Translations under genes and position numbers: made by a program | DNA from: Anthoceros angustus | Taxonomy: Eukaryota; Plantae; Anthocerotophyta | NCBI GenBank assembly: GCA_010909165.1 | Contig: VJWM01000254.1 | Span: forward strand, 154,855-218,854 | DNA: 64,000 nt | Direction: 5' to 3' | In this document: piece after piece, positions 1 through 13,300 of the stretch | Numbering within the stretch: the first letter of the stretch is position 1 | How the letters are laid out: each line of letters opens with the position of its first letter | Notes under the pieces: generated by a model | Told to the model about the DNA's origin: nothing | Database searches by the model: none | What the model saw: the letters and a program-made list of their open reading frames with translations, nothing else

Positions 1-1080
1 CACTTCTAGTTTGGTGAAAGTGTCGAAGATTGTAGACTTCAACATTAGGCCCGCCCCGCCCCTCCCAGGGCGCCGCATGCCGACGCCTCCTCATCTCCCC
101 TCCCGGCCGGGCGCCGGCATGCCGGCGCCTCACTCTCCCCTCTCCTCCACCCGATGGCGCATTCTAGAGAACATGCCCGCCTTCGACCAAGGGCCGACCG
201 ATCGTACCTCGACCAAGGGTCAACATCCACCATCACAACATACCACCGTCGGATCGATGGCCCACCGTGACGCCCAACCTTTGCCCCTTTATACCATATC
301 GGAAAAAATGTGGGGAGTCTGATGATCCGTCTGATCCGGATGTTGAACTTTAGACCGCAAAGAGAACATGTTGAAAATCGATTGATTTGGGTATCTTCAC
401 GAAGTTCTCGCTCCCATAGTCTCGTAAAGCACGCTGCACGAAATATACGCCTTTTGCTCCATGCCACATTTGTATTGTGTCCACACTTCTAGTTTGGTGA
501 AAGTGTCGAAGATTGTAGACTTCAACATTAGGCGCCGCCGCCAATTGCGTAAATGTTGCATCCATCCATGCTATAGCGCCTAATGCATGAGATGATTTCA
601 CCCGGCTTGGCTTGCTACCATCCCATGGTGAATTCAACAAGATCACCCTTCACCTCCTCATACCTTTCCGACCCTATGCAATACACCCTTCAAGGATTTC
701 GTGCAACACTTGATTGGAACCGGTTTCTGTGAAAGTACATGCACTGTCTTTGCCTTCGATCCATGGTCGGGCCTTACAAGGGTCTCTGGAATGTCTCCGC
801 CTGACCTTCCCAACATAAGAAACCTTTGCCTCTCTTCTTGAAACCCTCCTCGAAAGTCGTTGAATACATAGTTTGTTGCAACACGGTTTCCGGAAATCTT
901 GCGTAACCGTGTCCGCCTCTTCTTCAAGGAGACACCAGCTACGCAAACGAAACCTGTCGCTCACCGCAATGTCTCCGACATTGGCTTCGATGATAGGACA
1001 CCGCAGCGAGGAGGGAACGGGAGGATGGGGAACGTTGCCATCGCCAGCAATATCGCCCCCGATGCACCAAACACTCCACA
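1..1080 (-). pseudogene. N-terminal part of DDD transposase (frameshifted; continues off-window)
   Basis: Fragments DFRKPCCNKLC, KCCTKSLKG, 'FTRLW..VKIPKxINRFSTCSLC' match DFRKxCCGRQC, LCCRGLE and RRLW..VKIQ..CDYL in the transposase at 40070-40650. Confidence 0.65.
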
Positions 1081-2519
1081 CGGAGGGGCAAAGAGACCTC
1101 GCATGGCACGCTCATTTCGACGGGCGGGCGACATCGCTCGCCTCTCGGGCTAAGTTCCATAGCCGCATACAAGTTCAAGTTCCGGCGTCGGTGGCACATA
1201 GGGGGGCACGAATGGTTATGAGTCCTTCGCCATCCCGAGCTCGCATACGATTTTCACGAGAACAAGGTGAAGCATCGTCATCCACAACGACGATTACCAC
1301 TCATCGCCATCCGCTTGCCTCGGGAATTTCCAGCTTGTCTACATAAGCTTGTGTTCTCACACACAGTTGTCCACAAAGAGCATTCAAAACTCGGTCCCTC
1401 ATCAAAGCAAAGTTCGCGCTTTGGCCAAATAGATCAATGCTCCTTTCACCGCATGTAGGTCTCTTTGTGAGGGCAAGACTGATGCCAACAAGTTCCCGCC
1501 ATCCGCAGAGTCAAGCCGCATGACACCCACTATGAACAACGCCCACGAGACAAGGGACTCGAACGTGAGGCGACGCTTTATGAAAATTACCGTGTCCTCA
1601 TCGGTATGGGTGGAGTGGAGCATGGGAAGAGACGCGCCGGTGAACGCGATCCCAAAGACCGTGAACAAGGAGGAATACACAAGCCTCGGCACAATCATAT
1701 TAGACATAGCGAACTATCGCGGATGCCTCGGAGTGGCATCTTCCAAAGACCGCGGAGAAGATTTATCAAGCGGATCCGACGCCGCTATTCACAAGCGTCA
1801 TAAAGTTGCGGCTTTTGCCGTTAGGGATCGGAAGGCTTTAATGTATGTAAGTGCAACACGTGGAAAACATGGGCACCGTGAAATAAAATCGTGGCAAAGA
1901 TAGCTGCCACACCAAATAAGGGTAAGTGGAAAAACAAACACCACAACGGTGGCGACATCACCGCTTTAACCCTTGCCCCGATTTTTAAGCGCTTCCTTCC
2001 GTAATGGAGCGCCCATCACGCTCACCGGCACCGAGTTGCGCCCACCGCAAACCAAGGAAGGCCTCGAATTGCGCCTCCAAGCCGCCAGGTGAGGGAGGCC
2101 GGCCGTGCGCCATTCGTGACCGCAGGAGGTGCGCCACGCCTCCTTTTGCTGCTTGAGGAGATTTGGTGTCTCACCGTGCATCCGTTGCTTGTGCGTGGCA
2201 ATGGCAAGTGGGCGCAAAGAAGGAATTGGCGGTGATGGAGAAGAAACCCGCCGCATGTGGAGAAACCAAGCCAAGAGACCAAAGGGAAGAAGGCGATCAC
2301 ACCCGCAAAGACCGCCATGGAGTGGATGCACACCTTCGAGCCGACCGGTCTTCCAATTCTAAGGCGCCACTTGAAGGCGAACTGGCACGCGTTGAGGGGC
2401 GACGGCCCGAACTCGGATCCGGATCGGCAAGGTGAGCACAACGAAGGGAGCAGGTGAGGGAAATCGTGGATGGCAAACTCACGTAAGATACCGCCGCAAA
2501 TTCTAATCCTCACCTTTTA

Positions 2520-3233
2520 CGCTTGAGGAGACTGCTCAATTGCGCAGACACTAACCGATTGATGAGACAATTGTCCGAGAAGGACGGCTTTTGACACAGA
2601 GTGAACTGAAAGACACAATGTGGTGTGGACACCAATGTTGAAATTATGGATTTATGGCCACAACGGTGCTTTGCCGAATCGAGAGCTGTATGATTTGTGG
2701 TATGGGCAACTTTGATAGAAGCGGAAGGAGATCCGGATATTCAGGTCTTGGTGACTTCGAAGCCTTATGGGTTTGAAGCTTTGCCACGAGTCAAGATTAC
2801 AGTGTTCGTGTTGAGCATAGCAGTTTGGTTAGCAAAAGTGTGAGCCACGTGAATTGTCTCTCAAATTCGGAAGCTCTTCGACACGGGATTGTAAGTGTGT
2901 CTTTGGTCATTGATTTTGAAGTTTTGGAACATCTTTGCATCCACTTAACCACTTTTGGAACTTCTAACTCGTAATGCAAGGAATTTTTATCGATGCTTGT
3001 GTGAAGTGATAACAACTTCTATCATCAATCACCGTCGCGAGATGTTCTTTAGAAGGACCAGGGCTGGGCTGTCTGATTATGAATTGGAAGGAGATGAGGA
3101 CGAGGCCGAGTATGGACCCTCGGATGAAGAGGATGGCCCTATACCGGAGCTGCTTGGCCAAACAGATGACGAACTGTCGGAGGAGGATGGTGATAACAAC
3201 TTCTATCATCAATCACCGCGAGATGTCCTTTAG
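2520..3233 (+). pseudogene. Unknown transposon cargo ORF with acidic C-terminal tract (repeated in each 1.9-kb unit)
   Basis: Frameshifted peptides VVWTPMLKLWIYGHNG and IQVLVTSKP resemble VPWIPLALWINGYNG and HTLLVTKKP on the - strand at about 36740-36890 in element C. Ends in an acidic tract (DYELEGDEDEAEYGPSDEED). Confidence 0.45.
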
Positions 3234-3519
3234 AAGGACCAGGTCTGTCGATTATGAATTGGAAGGAGATGAGGACGAGGCCGAGTATGGACCCTCGATG
3301 AAGAGGATGGCCCTATCGAGTTGCCAAACAGATGACGAATGTTGGAGGAGGATGGTGATAATGGGGTGAGGAGGATGATTGCGATTTCCATGCCGGGTGC
3401 CAACGGTGCCTTACAATCCGGTGAAGACATGGGTCGCAGCATGGAATTGCCCGCGGGAGAACACGGGTTGGGCACCCCTCACAGTGGTTTATATCGGTAT
3501 GAAGGCATGGGAGGAGAAG

Positions 3520-3890
3520 GGCGCCGATGCCGCCCTTCCTGACCCGCGCAGAAGGCGGCATCCCAAAGACTATGGGGGTGGGGCAGGCACCAGAGTCGTG
3601 GAACGGAAGAGGGCGCCGCATGCCGCGCCCGCTGGCCCCGGGAGGGGGCGCATGCCGCCCTTCCGTGCCTTTGATGGAGGCGGCGCCGCATGCCGGCGCC
3701 CGACCGGCCTTGGGATGAGAGGGAGGCGCCGCCGCCTCCCCGCCTTGGGATGAGAGGGAGGGCGCCATGCCGCGCCCTGTGCCATGGGAAGCAGAGGTGG
3801 CGCCGCATGCCGCGCCTCCCGTGCCATGGGAGAGGGAGGCGCCGCATGCCGGCGCCTCCTCACGGGAGAGGCGCGCATGCCGCCCCGCCG
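3520..3890. repeat. Array of degenerate GGCGCCGGCATGCCGGCGCC palindromes with related spacers (copies also at 5260-5630 and 7180-7550)
   Basis: About 9-10 units of ggcgccg(g)catgcc(g)gcgcc, separated by ccatgggagaggga-like spacers. Confidence 0.8.
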
Positions 3891-6800
3891 TGAACCCAAG
3901 ATGGTGGAGGCGATCGGAGTAGTGGAAGCGCAAGCGGAGTTCGACATAGCTGGTTTGGGGGAGGTCAACAAATGTGGAGGCAAGAGAATTTGAGAAGGAA
4001 GAAAGGCAAGCGCAGCAGAGCGCCGATACGATATTCACTATGCATGTTGCATCGATGGGGAGAGGCCGGAGGCCATTGCGCGCCATTCGTGATCGCGGGG
4101 CCACGCCTAACCTGCTGCGGCTTGAGGAGATTTGGTGTCTCACCGTGTAATCCGCTTTGCAGGCTGTGCAATGGCAAGTGGGCGGCAAAGAAGAAGGAAT
4201 TGGCGGAGTGGAGAAGAAACCCGCCGCATGTGGAGAAACCAAGCCAAGAGACCAAGGAAGAAGGCGATCACACCCGCAAAGACCGGCGGAGATGTGGATG
4301 CACACCAAAGTTCGAGCCGACCGGTCTTCCAATTCGCTTGAAGGCGAACAGGCACGATGTTGAGGGGCGCATGCCGCGCCCGAACTCGGATCCCGGGATC
4401 TCAAGGTGAGCACAACGAAGGGAGCAGGTGAGGGAAATGGATGGCAAACTCACGTAAGACAAAGCCGAAATTCTAATCCTTCACCTTTTACGCTTGAGGA
4501 GACTGCTCAATTGCGCAGACACACTAACCATTGATGAGACAATTGTCCGAGAAGGACCGGCTAGTGCGTAACTGAAGAAGACAATGTGGTGTGGACACCA
4601 ATGTTGAAATTATGGATTTATGGCCACAATGGTGCTTTGCCGAATCGAGAGCTGGATTGTGGTATGGGCAACTTTGAAGCGGAAGGAGATCCGGATATTC
4701 GGTCTTGGTGACTTCAAAGCCTTATGGGTTTGAAGCTTTGCTGTCGGACTACGGTGTCTGTGTTAGTGCTTGGTTAGCAAAAGTGTGAGCCACGTGAATT
4801 GTCTCAAATTCGGAAGCTCTTCGGATTGTAAGTGTGTCTTTGGTCATTGATTTTGAAGTTTTGGAACATCATTGCATCCACTTAACACTTTTGGAACTTC
4901 TAACGCGTAATGCAAGGAATTTTTATCGATGCTTATGTGAGGTGATTACAAGTATCATCAATCACCGTCGGAGATGTCTTTAGAAGGACCGTGGTCCTGA
5001 CTATGAATTGGAAGGAGATGAGGAGGCGAGTATGGACCCTCGGATGAAGAGGATGGCCCTATACCGGAGTTGCTTGGCCAAACAGATGATTTAAGGAGGA
5101 GGATGGTGATAATGGGGTGAGGAGGATGATTGCGATTTCTCCATGCGGTGCCAACGGTGCCTTACAATCCGTGAAGACATGGGTCGCACAGAATTGCGTG
5201 GGAGAACATGGAGTTGGGCACCCCACCGGGTTTATATCGGTATGAAGGCATGGGAGAGAGGAAGGCGCCGGCATGCGGCGCCTTCTTCGGACCTCCGCGC
5301 AGAAGGCGGCATCCCAAAGACTATGGGGGTGCGCAGCACCTGTGAGCCGTGGAACGGAAGAGGGCGCTGCATGCCGGCGCCCGCCGCCCCATGGAGGGAG
5401 GCGCGCATGCCGCGCCTTCCGTGCCTTTGATGGAGGCGCGCCGCATGCCGCGCCCGACCGGCCTGGAGGAGGGCGCATGCCGCGCCTCGCCCTGTGGATG
5501 AGGAGGGCGCGCATGCCGGCGCCCTGCCATGGGGAAGAGAGGCGGGCGCCCATGCCGCGCCTCCCCGCCATGGGAGGAGAGGAAGGCGCCGCATGCCGCG
5601 CCTCTGGGAGGAGGGCGCGCATGCCGCCCGTGATCGATGGTGGAGGCGATCGGAGTAGTGGAAGCGCAAGCGGAGTTCGACAATGCAGCTTGGTATGGGG
5701 GAGGTCGCCAACAAATGTGGCCGAAAGAGATTTGAGAAGGAAGAAAGGCAAGCGCAGCAGAGCGCCGATACGATATTCACTATGCATGTTGCATCGATGG
5801 GGAGAGGCTGGAGGCCTCCATCCGTGATGAAGATTATTTGCGAATATCGAGAGCGCACGAAGAAAGTGGTTCCAAATGCTTCCGAAATTAGAGAATTTAA
5901 GGCCTGCATCCTTTCTTTCTCCGATGCATGATTCGGATTGTGGATGAAGGCATGGACCAACTACAGCTCGAGTTATTTCAAAGGTAGAGTGGAGGCCATT
6001 GCGCGCCATTCGTGATCGCGGGGCCACGCCTAACCTGCTGCGGCTTGAGGAGATTTGGTGTCTCACCGTGTAATCCGCTTTGCAGGCTGTGCAATGGCAA
6101 GTGGGCGGCAAAGAAGAAGGAATTGGCGGAGTGGAGAAGAAACCCGCCGCATGTGGAGAAACCAAGCCAAGAGACCAAGGAAGAAGACACCCGCAAAGAC
6201 CGGCGGAGATGTGGATGCACACCAAAGTTCGAGCCGACCGGTCTTCCAATTCGCTTGAAGGCGAACAGGCACGATGTTGAGGGGCGCATGCCGCGCCCGA
6301 ACTCGGATCCCGGGATCTCAAGGTGAGCACAACGAAGGGAGCAGGTGAGGGAAATGGATGGCAAACTCACGTAAGACAAAGCCGAAATTCTAATCCTTCA
6401 CCTTTTACGCTTGAGGAGACTGCTCAATTGCGCAGACACACTAACCATTGATGAGACAATTGTCCGAGAAGGACCGGCTAGTGCGTAACCGATGAAGACA
6501 ATGTGGTGTGGACACCAATGTTGAAATTATGGATTTATGGCCACAATGGTGCTTTGCCGAATCGAGAGCTGGATTGTGGTATGGGCAACTTTGAAGCGGA
6601 AGGAGATCCGGATATTCGGTCTTGGTGACTTCAAAGCCTTATGGGTTTGAAGCTTTGCTGTCGGACTACGGTGTCTGTGTTAGTGCTTGGTTAGCAAAAG
6701 TGTGAGCCACGTGAATTGTCTCAAATTCGGAAGCTCTTCGGATTGTAAGTGTGTCTTTGGTCATTGATTTTGAAGTTTTGGAACATCATTGCATCCACTT

Positions 6801-7599
6801 AACACTTTTGGAACTTCTAACGCGTAATGCAAGGAATTTTTATCGATGCTTATGTGAGGTGATTACAAGTATCATCAATCACCGTCGGAGATGTCTTTAG
6901 AAGGACCGTGGTCCTGACTATGAATTGGAAGGAGATGAGGAGGCGAGTATGGACCCTCGGATGAAGAGGATGGCCCTATACCGGAGTTGCTTGGCCAAAC
7001 AGATGATTTAAGGAGGAGGATGGTGATAATGGGGTGAGGAGGATGATTGCGATTTCTCCATGCGGTGCCAACGGTGCCTTACAATCCGTGAAGACATGGG
7101 TCGCACAGAATTGCGTGGGAGAACATGGAGTTGGGCACCCCACCGGGTTTATATCGGTATGAAGGCATGGGAGAGAGGAAGGCGCCGGCATGCGGCGCCT
7201 TCTTCGGACCTCCGCGCAGAAGGCGGCATCCCAAAGACTATGGGGGTGCGCAGCACCTGTGAGCCGTGGAACGGAAGAGGGCGCTGCATGCCGGCGCCCG
7301 CCGCCCCATGGAGGGAGGCGCGCATGCCGCGCCTTCCGTGCCTTTGATGGAGGCGCGCCGCATGCCGCGCCCGACCGGCCTGGAGGAGGGCGCATGCCGC
7401 GCCTCGCCCTGTGGATGGGGAGGGCGCGCATGCCGGCGCCCTGCCATGGGGAAGAGAGGCGGGCGCCCATGCCGCGCCTCCCCGCCATGGGAGGAGAGGA
7501 AGGCGCCGCATGCCGCGCCTCTGGGAGGAGGGCGCGCATGCCGCCCGTGATCGATGGTGGAGGCGATCGGAGTAGTGGAGTAAGCGGAGTTCGACAATG

Positions 7600-10362
7600 C
7601 AGCTTGGTATGGGGGAGGTCGCCAACAAATGTGGCCGAAAGAGATTTGAGAAGGAAGAAAGGCAAGCGCAGCAGAGCGCCGATACGATATTCACTATGCA
7701 TGTTGCATCGATGGGGAGAGGCTGGAGGCCTCCATCCGTGATGAAGATTATTTGCGAATATCGTAGAGTTCGCCAAGAAAGTGGTTAAAAGCTTCTCAAA
7801 TTAGAGAATTTAAGGCCCGTGATCCTTTCTTACTCCGATGCATGATTGGATTGTGGATGAGGCATGGACCAACCACCGCTCGAGTTATTTCGAAAGGTAG
7901 GGTTGAGGAAGGTGTCTACTGCATGATTGACCCATCGATGCGACATTCAATCTATAGATCGGAATAAGTTTAGAGCAAAGAAGTATGTGATGGGAGTGCT
8001 CGGGGGCAATCACACCTATGCAGCGATGAAGCATCCGGACATATCTCCATCAAGGCCAGATTCCAATGGATGGAAGCCCATGTCTATTGTGGGCTCACTT
8101 TACAGGAGATGAGGGTTCTGGCCACAGACCACAACACCATGTCTGACAAACGGAGGAAGATGACTTTCATTGAGCAAGTTCGGTATCTGCGAGATGAGTT
8201 GCGATAGCAAAGAGATGGAGTCAATATGACCATGAACTGGAAGTTCAACCTATAAGGTGCTAGGCTTGATAGATGATGATGAGGCCGAGAGGATGAGCGA
8301 TAAGCAAAACAAGGTCGATAATCGCACACATATCCTTTGCATCGCCAAACTTGAGGGAGAGTGTGGGAAAATGTCGATAAGATCTTCACGAAGTGGAGGC
8401 CATGGAATTGCTGTAACAAGCCAAACATGTTGCCGCAGGACAAGCAAAAAGAGCAAGGGAAACTAAGACTGGATGAGGCGAAGTCGGTGGACCAAAGTTT
8501 TGAAGCCAAAGGACATGCAAGGAAGCCTTGGCGAAGTTTTCGTGGTATTCCACCGGGTGAGACTGCCAAAAATGTTGATCGTCACCGAGAAGGTCGACAA
8601 TATCCTTTGCATCGCCAAACTTGAGGGAGAGTGTGGGAAAATGTCGATAAGATCTTCACAGTGGGAGGCCATGGAATTGCGAACAAGCCAAACATGTTGC
8701 CGCAGGACAAGCAAAAAGAGCAAGGGAAAGCGGAGGCTGCGGATGAGGCGAAGTCGGTGGACCAAAGTTTTGAAGCCAAAGGACATGCAAGGAAGCCTTG
8801 GCGAAGTTTTCGTGGTATTCCACCGGGTGAGGCGGCAAAAATGTTGATCGTCACCGAGAAGGTCGTGACAGTCTCATAGACCTCAATGGTATGGCCAAGG
8901 AGATCACTCTTGGAAGAAACTACATGTGATACAAGTGGCTATGGCGAAGCATCTAGGCTGCAATTCATTCGAGATGGTGAGGAAGGAGTACCGGTGCACT
9001 CAACGGATGAAGTCATTGCGATTTCGACCGCTCAAGGGAAGGTGAGTTTCGCTGTTCTTACCAGTATAGAACTATTGGAGGGCGCCGGCATGACGGCGCC
9101 CTCCCTTTCCCTATTGTCCCCGCAATCTGACTTTCGGCAACCTCACTTGTTTTGTGTTATTTTGCAGCAAGTTAAAGATGTTGAAGACCTGAAAAAGCTA
9201 CCAGAAGATTTCCAGGCTTTTATATTAGAGGTCCACACATGGAAAGGGCTGGAGGATGAGCAGAGGGCACTTGCGGACATGGACATGGAGGAAGGGCTGC
9301 AATCTTTCATCGCCCAAAACAGAGGAGTTAGTGAAGTATCAAGTGGTGCGCAGAGATGTGGCGTAAATGAGAGGGTTTCTTTGAGTCAAGTATACAACTG
9401 GTGATGGATGTCCCTAGGGATTCAACAAGGGAAGTATGATGTCAAACTTGAGCAAAGAAATGGCAAACATATTTCATTCCTTCCATGACATGACAATGTG
9501 CGACGAGATCGTAATGATAGTAATGCATGGTGTGGAAGAGCCGCATATTGTCGTGAGAGTATGAGGAAGTGGTGCGTGTGGAGGCATGGTCTCATTTGTT
9601 TGGGACAAAACTAATATGCACAATGACCAAGGAGGCTTTGACATCGTGGAGTACATCATGGGTGGGGTGACCGCACGAGCAAGAAGACAAAGGTGTCCAT
9701 GTCAATACCTTGCGGGCTCTTTCAATAATGGGCGAGCGGTTATTGCACACGACGTGGTGAAGAAGTTATTATACATGTCGCTGGACAAGCTGGTTGTTTC
9801 CGCGTATCAGAGGCCACTGGGTCTAATGATGAAGTTGATCAAGAACTTCTCGAGAAGGAGATTGGATATTAGATGCATGTGCGGTGGAGTGGAACAACGA
9901 CATTAGCGGCACTCCTTTGTGGCCGAAATTGCATTGTGGAGGTTGACAAACGTGGCAGTTCATTCCGCAAAGGATTCATGGCTATGAAGTTTTACCGGAC
10001 GCAGAGGAGGAGTTGACCCATGAGCCACACCGCCGAGGCCCCACCCACCTGGGCAAAAGAATTGAGCTTGTCCGAGAAGGATGCATCCCAGTGCCCGTAG
10101 TCCCACTTGGGTTGAGCAGATGAAAGAGAAGACGGAGATCTTATAGATGATCGCCAAGAAACTGCCTCGCATTGTGGCATCCCGACTATTTGGAGAAGAG
10201 CAAGGAGGATGCGGTCGATATCACGGAAATGCTATGGTCGAAAACGACAATTTCGAGGATCCCGAGGATGCTCGACCAAGGACGGAAGTTGTGTTAGATA
10301 GCGTGTCGGGACAATGCCTCCCGAGCCACGCCTCAAGCCGAGAATCCCCTCGAGGGAAGTGA
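7600..10362 (+). pseudogene. ParB/Srx-like domain + beta-class (N4C/N6A) DNA methyltransferase-like gene, frameshifted
   Basis: In order: ParB-like GVLGGNHTYAA (about 7993-8025); motif IV-like VMDVPRG (about 9401-9421); SFVWDKTN (about 9590); YQRPLGLMMKLIKNFS (about 9805); motif I WILDAC..SGTTTLAALLCGRNCI.EVDKR (about 9860-9953). Probable intron about 9042-9167 (GTGAGT...TTTGCAG). Internal duplication of about 290 bp at 8310-8860. Confidence 0.7.
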
Positions 10363-13300
10363 GTCTAGTTTAGTTTTGAAAGTACCATAACCTGCATGGT
10401 TAGAACTAAGGCGCCGCATGCCGCGCCTGCTTAAGCCTCCTTCTTTAACTATGAGTGACATTGTTATTCGTTTTGTCAAGGATGACTTCTATTGACGGCT
10501 ACAAAATATCTGTAGATCTCGTTTCACACCTATAAGACATTCGTCGTGCACCGTACGAGAGGTCCAGAATGCACCAACATACCCACATTCGTGTGAAAGC
10601 ACCCACAAACGGGATGCGCAACCTCAAGCACTAAACTTGCAATGGACCGGATGGGGAACCCGAATTTGGTCCCGGGTTTTCGAAAGCGGGTTCGTATATT
10701 CCGCCGGTTCAAATATTATGGTGTTCTATGAGCTACTCAAAACAATCTAACGGGCTATACAAAATGCTCTTATTGATGGGTCACATTCAAAATGAAGTAT
10801 CCTGGGTATGCAAATTAACCAATGCCCACAATAATGGCTTTAGAACAGAGTGTGGAATGAAATGTATGAGGTTAGGGTTAAATATTATGAAACGATAAAG
10901 GTTAAATAATTAATGATATAAAGTTGAAGTAAATAATCATTCAGTTTGCTATAATCTGTCCGAGGGGATTTGGTTCATTTTTTTTTGGGTGTAATTCTTA
11001 CTGATTGGAATTAAGAAAAAATAGCACATCTAGGAGAATCCTCCTAAAGGTATGAAAAACAAATGAGCTCAACTACACTAGACTAGTAAAAGTCAAGGTT
11101 GGTCGCGTTAACAGGTATCTTGACTTGTGTGCCATCCGAGAAATTTCCTAAGAAGGTGTGCCCTCCTCTTAAGTTGTGTGACCATCCACTGAACGAGATT
11201 GACCAGCAAATCTGCGTCCACCTGGACCTAAACTTGGTGAAGGGTGGCTGGCGTTAACAGCTAACCAATGTCCAATACTCTGTTAGCTTCATCATTGAGT
11301 GTCAACGGCAGGGATTAAGCGTTGATGGAGACCTCTTGAACAGATCATTCACGTTCAGCACTATTTCCGGAACGATCTTGCAAGGACAGACTAAAGGTTG
11401 GGTGATTCGCAACAGCGTTCTGGCTTTCTCAACAAAGAAGGCCGCTCCCCAACTAGGGCTTTCGGCCTTGGCCAACTCCCAATCTCATTCCACGAGCTCC
11501 GCGACCTTGGGGCTGGCCAGCTCGAATTTAGGGAACATCAGAAGCCGAATTTCCTTTAAGGAATTGGTATCCTTATGTACATTGATGTCGATCAGTGTAT
11601 CTAACTCGACATAGAACCAGTGAAGTTCCTCTGGATTCCTGCACTTAACCATAAAGGTGGGAGCAAAGGCTAATAGTGCCCTGACCAACTCCTCGGTCTA
11701 TCTGGCTCCTTCCAGGTCAGTAGAACAACTAGCACACATCCAATTGTCTTCAGCGAATTATGTTTCCACTGGATCTGACAGGCTGGTCCTTACGATCTCC
11801 ACCGCTTCATAGGCGGCATCGAGTTCAATTTTGGTTGTGCATGGTTCATAGACGGTTCAGTTTGAGAGAATTGAATGGAGTCAAGTCACAGTGATGCTCT
11901 GTGTGGTGTTGGCAGCTGCATTTCTAGAGAGAGTGGAGGTTTTCAGATATAAGAGCTGAAGTAGGCTGATTCATCTCATCTCTAGGTTGTAAAAGGAGTG
12001 CGGTGTTGAACAAATTTTGCCGCAATTTGGTTATGGAGTTGGTTTTGCAAATTGTCTTCTTGGAATATCTCAACTAAATAAAGATGGAGAGGTATTGGGG
12101 AGGTGATACTCCGCATCTTTGTGTTCTAGTTATACTATTTCTGTTTGCCAGCATTTGTAATAGTAGTGAATTATCACCTGGTGTCACCTGATCACTCGCT
12201 ATGGCTGTAGGCAAACCCTTGTCATGTCCGTGCCGTAGCCTTGGCAGGTTAGGATGCAAGAGCTTGAACACACTCCGCTCCATCTCATGTTGGACAACTT
12301 TGGACTGGTCGGAATGCCTCATCAACCTACTGCTCAAACAACCAAGATGCCTCGTCTTCTGCCAATGAGTCCCCTCTCAAGCCCCTTCCTGCTGATCCTC
12401 AATTGTCCACCTCTGCTGGTAGACTCAATAGGATGTGGTCTAGCCATTACAAGAATCACAGGTGTTTTATAACACATTTTACAATGTAATTTACATTGTC
12501 CTCACGTTGCAAAAATGGACATTTACACGTTTGTAGAATAACAGCTTAATGAGCGCTATTACTGCCAGTGTTGTGACATCTGTGGACATCCTCCTCATCT
12601 CCTTCCCCAGCGCCCAAGAAAACTAGGGCTCCCCTTTCTCACTCCCCAGCAGCTGCCGAGTACTCCATTCGACGTGTAACTAGTTGTCTGTCATTGCCCC
12701 AATGCAGGAAAATCAAGTTTGAAGCGCATGCGCAGGCCGAAGGAAGCAGCACCCTGTCTGCGGAGATGCTTCAACAAATCCCCAAGGACCTTGCACCTGT
12801 AGCCCCTAGCCTAGACCTCCTTCCTCACTCACTTGCTCGTAAAACAGGTCATCTTCAACTCTCTCAATAATGCAATGGACAAGTGGCATCAAACCATCGC
12901 GGAAGTCAAAGACAACTTTGCTGGTATTCTATCTAGAAATTGCTTTTGCACTGCGCACCGCGTAAGGGCATCTTTGTAAATTCCTTTGCCCATTATAACG
13001 CGACAAGATCACCAAGAAAAACAACCTTCAGACAGGGCAGCCCATATCGTTGCACACGTGAATTGAGCCTTTCGATTGCAATCGCGAAGGAGAAGCGAGC
13101 AAGGGCTGAAGCGCTTCCTTGTTTTTTGTTTGCTATTGCTATCAAATTCTACCCAAATTCACACTCCTCTCCAACACCCGGGGATGCATGAACGAGCATA
13201 CTTAATGTGCAAAGTCCTGGGGCCATATTTCGTACCACAAAAATTCATGAGCACCGTGAGGCATAGAAGAAGAAGAAGAAGAATTATATTTAAGTCCTCT

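Larger units (their letters stand above)
2095..7900. repeat. About 1.9-kb unit present three times in tandem (starts about 2095, 4068, 5991)
   Basis: Copies 2 and 3 are near-identical; ORFs 5143..5430 and 7060..7347 are identical at an offset of 1917. Copy 1 differs by many small indels. Confidence 0.9.
1..10710. mobile_element. Large Sola-like DDD DNA transposon, copy A (transposase-side end lies outside the window; right end approximate)
   Basis: The transposase N-terminus on the - strand (1-1080) and the ParB-methyltransferase-like gene on the + strand (about 7600-10362) match the same two divergent genes in the TIR-bounded element at 30642-43291. Composition shifts to AT-rich after about 10710. 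Confidence 0.7.

Noticed and set aside
3520-7550. CRISPR-like array (palindromic repeats with spacers)
   Set aside because: The spacers are related to each other and vary in length, there are no cas genes, and the context is a eukaryotic transposon. This is a tandem repeat.
3313-7776. Long - strand ORFs (366, 423 and 266 aa)
   Set aside because: They are stop-poor GC-rich palindromic repeat sequence with no recognisable domain, and frames differ between copies.
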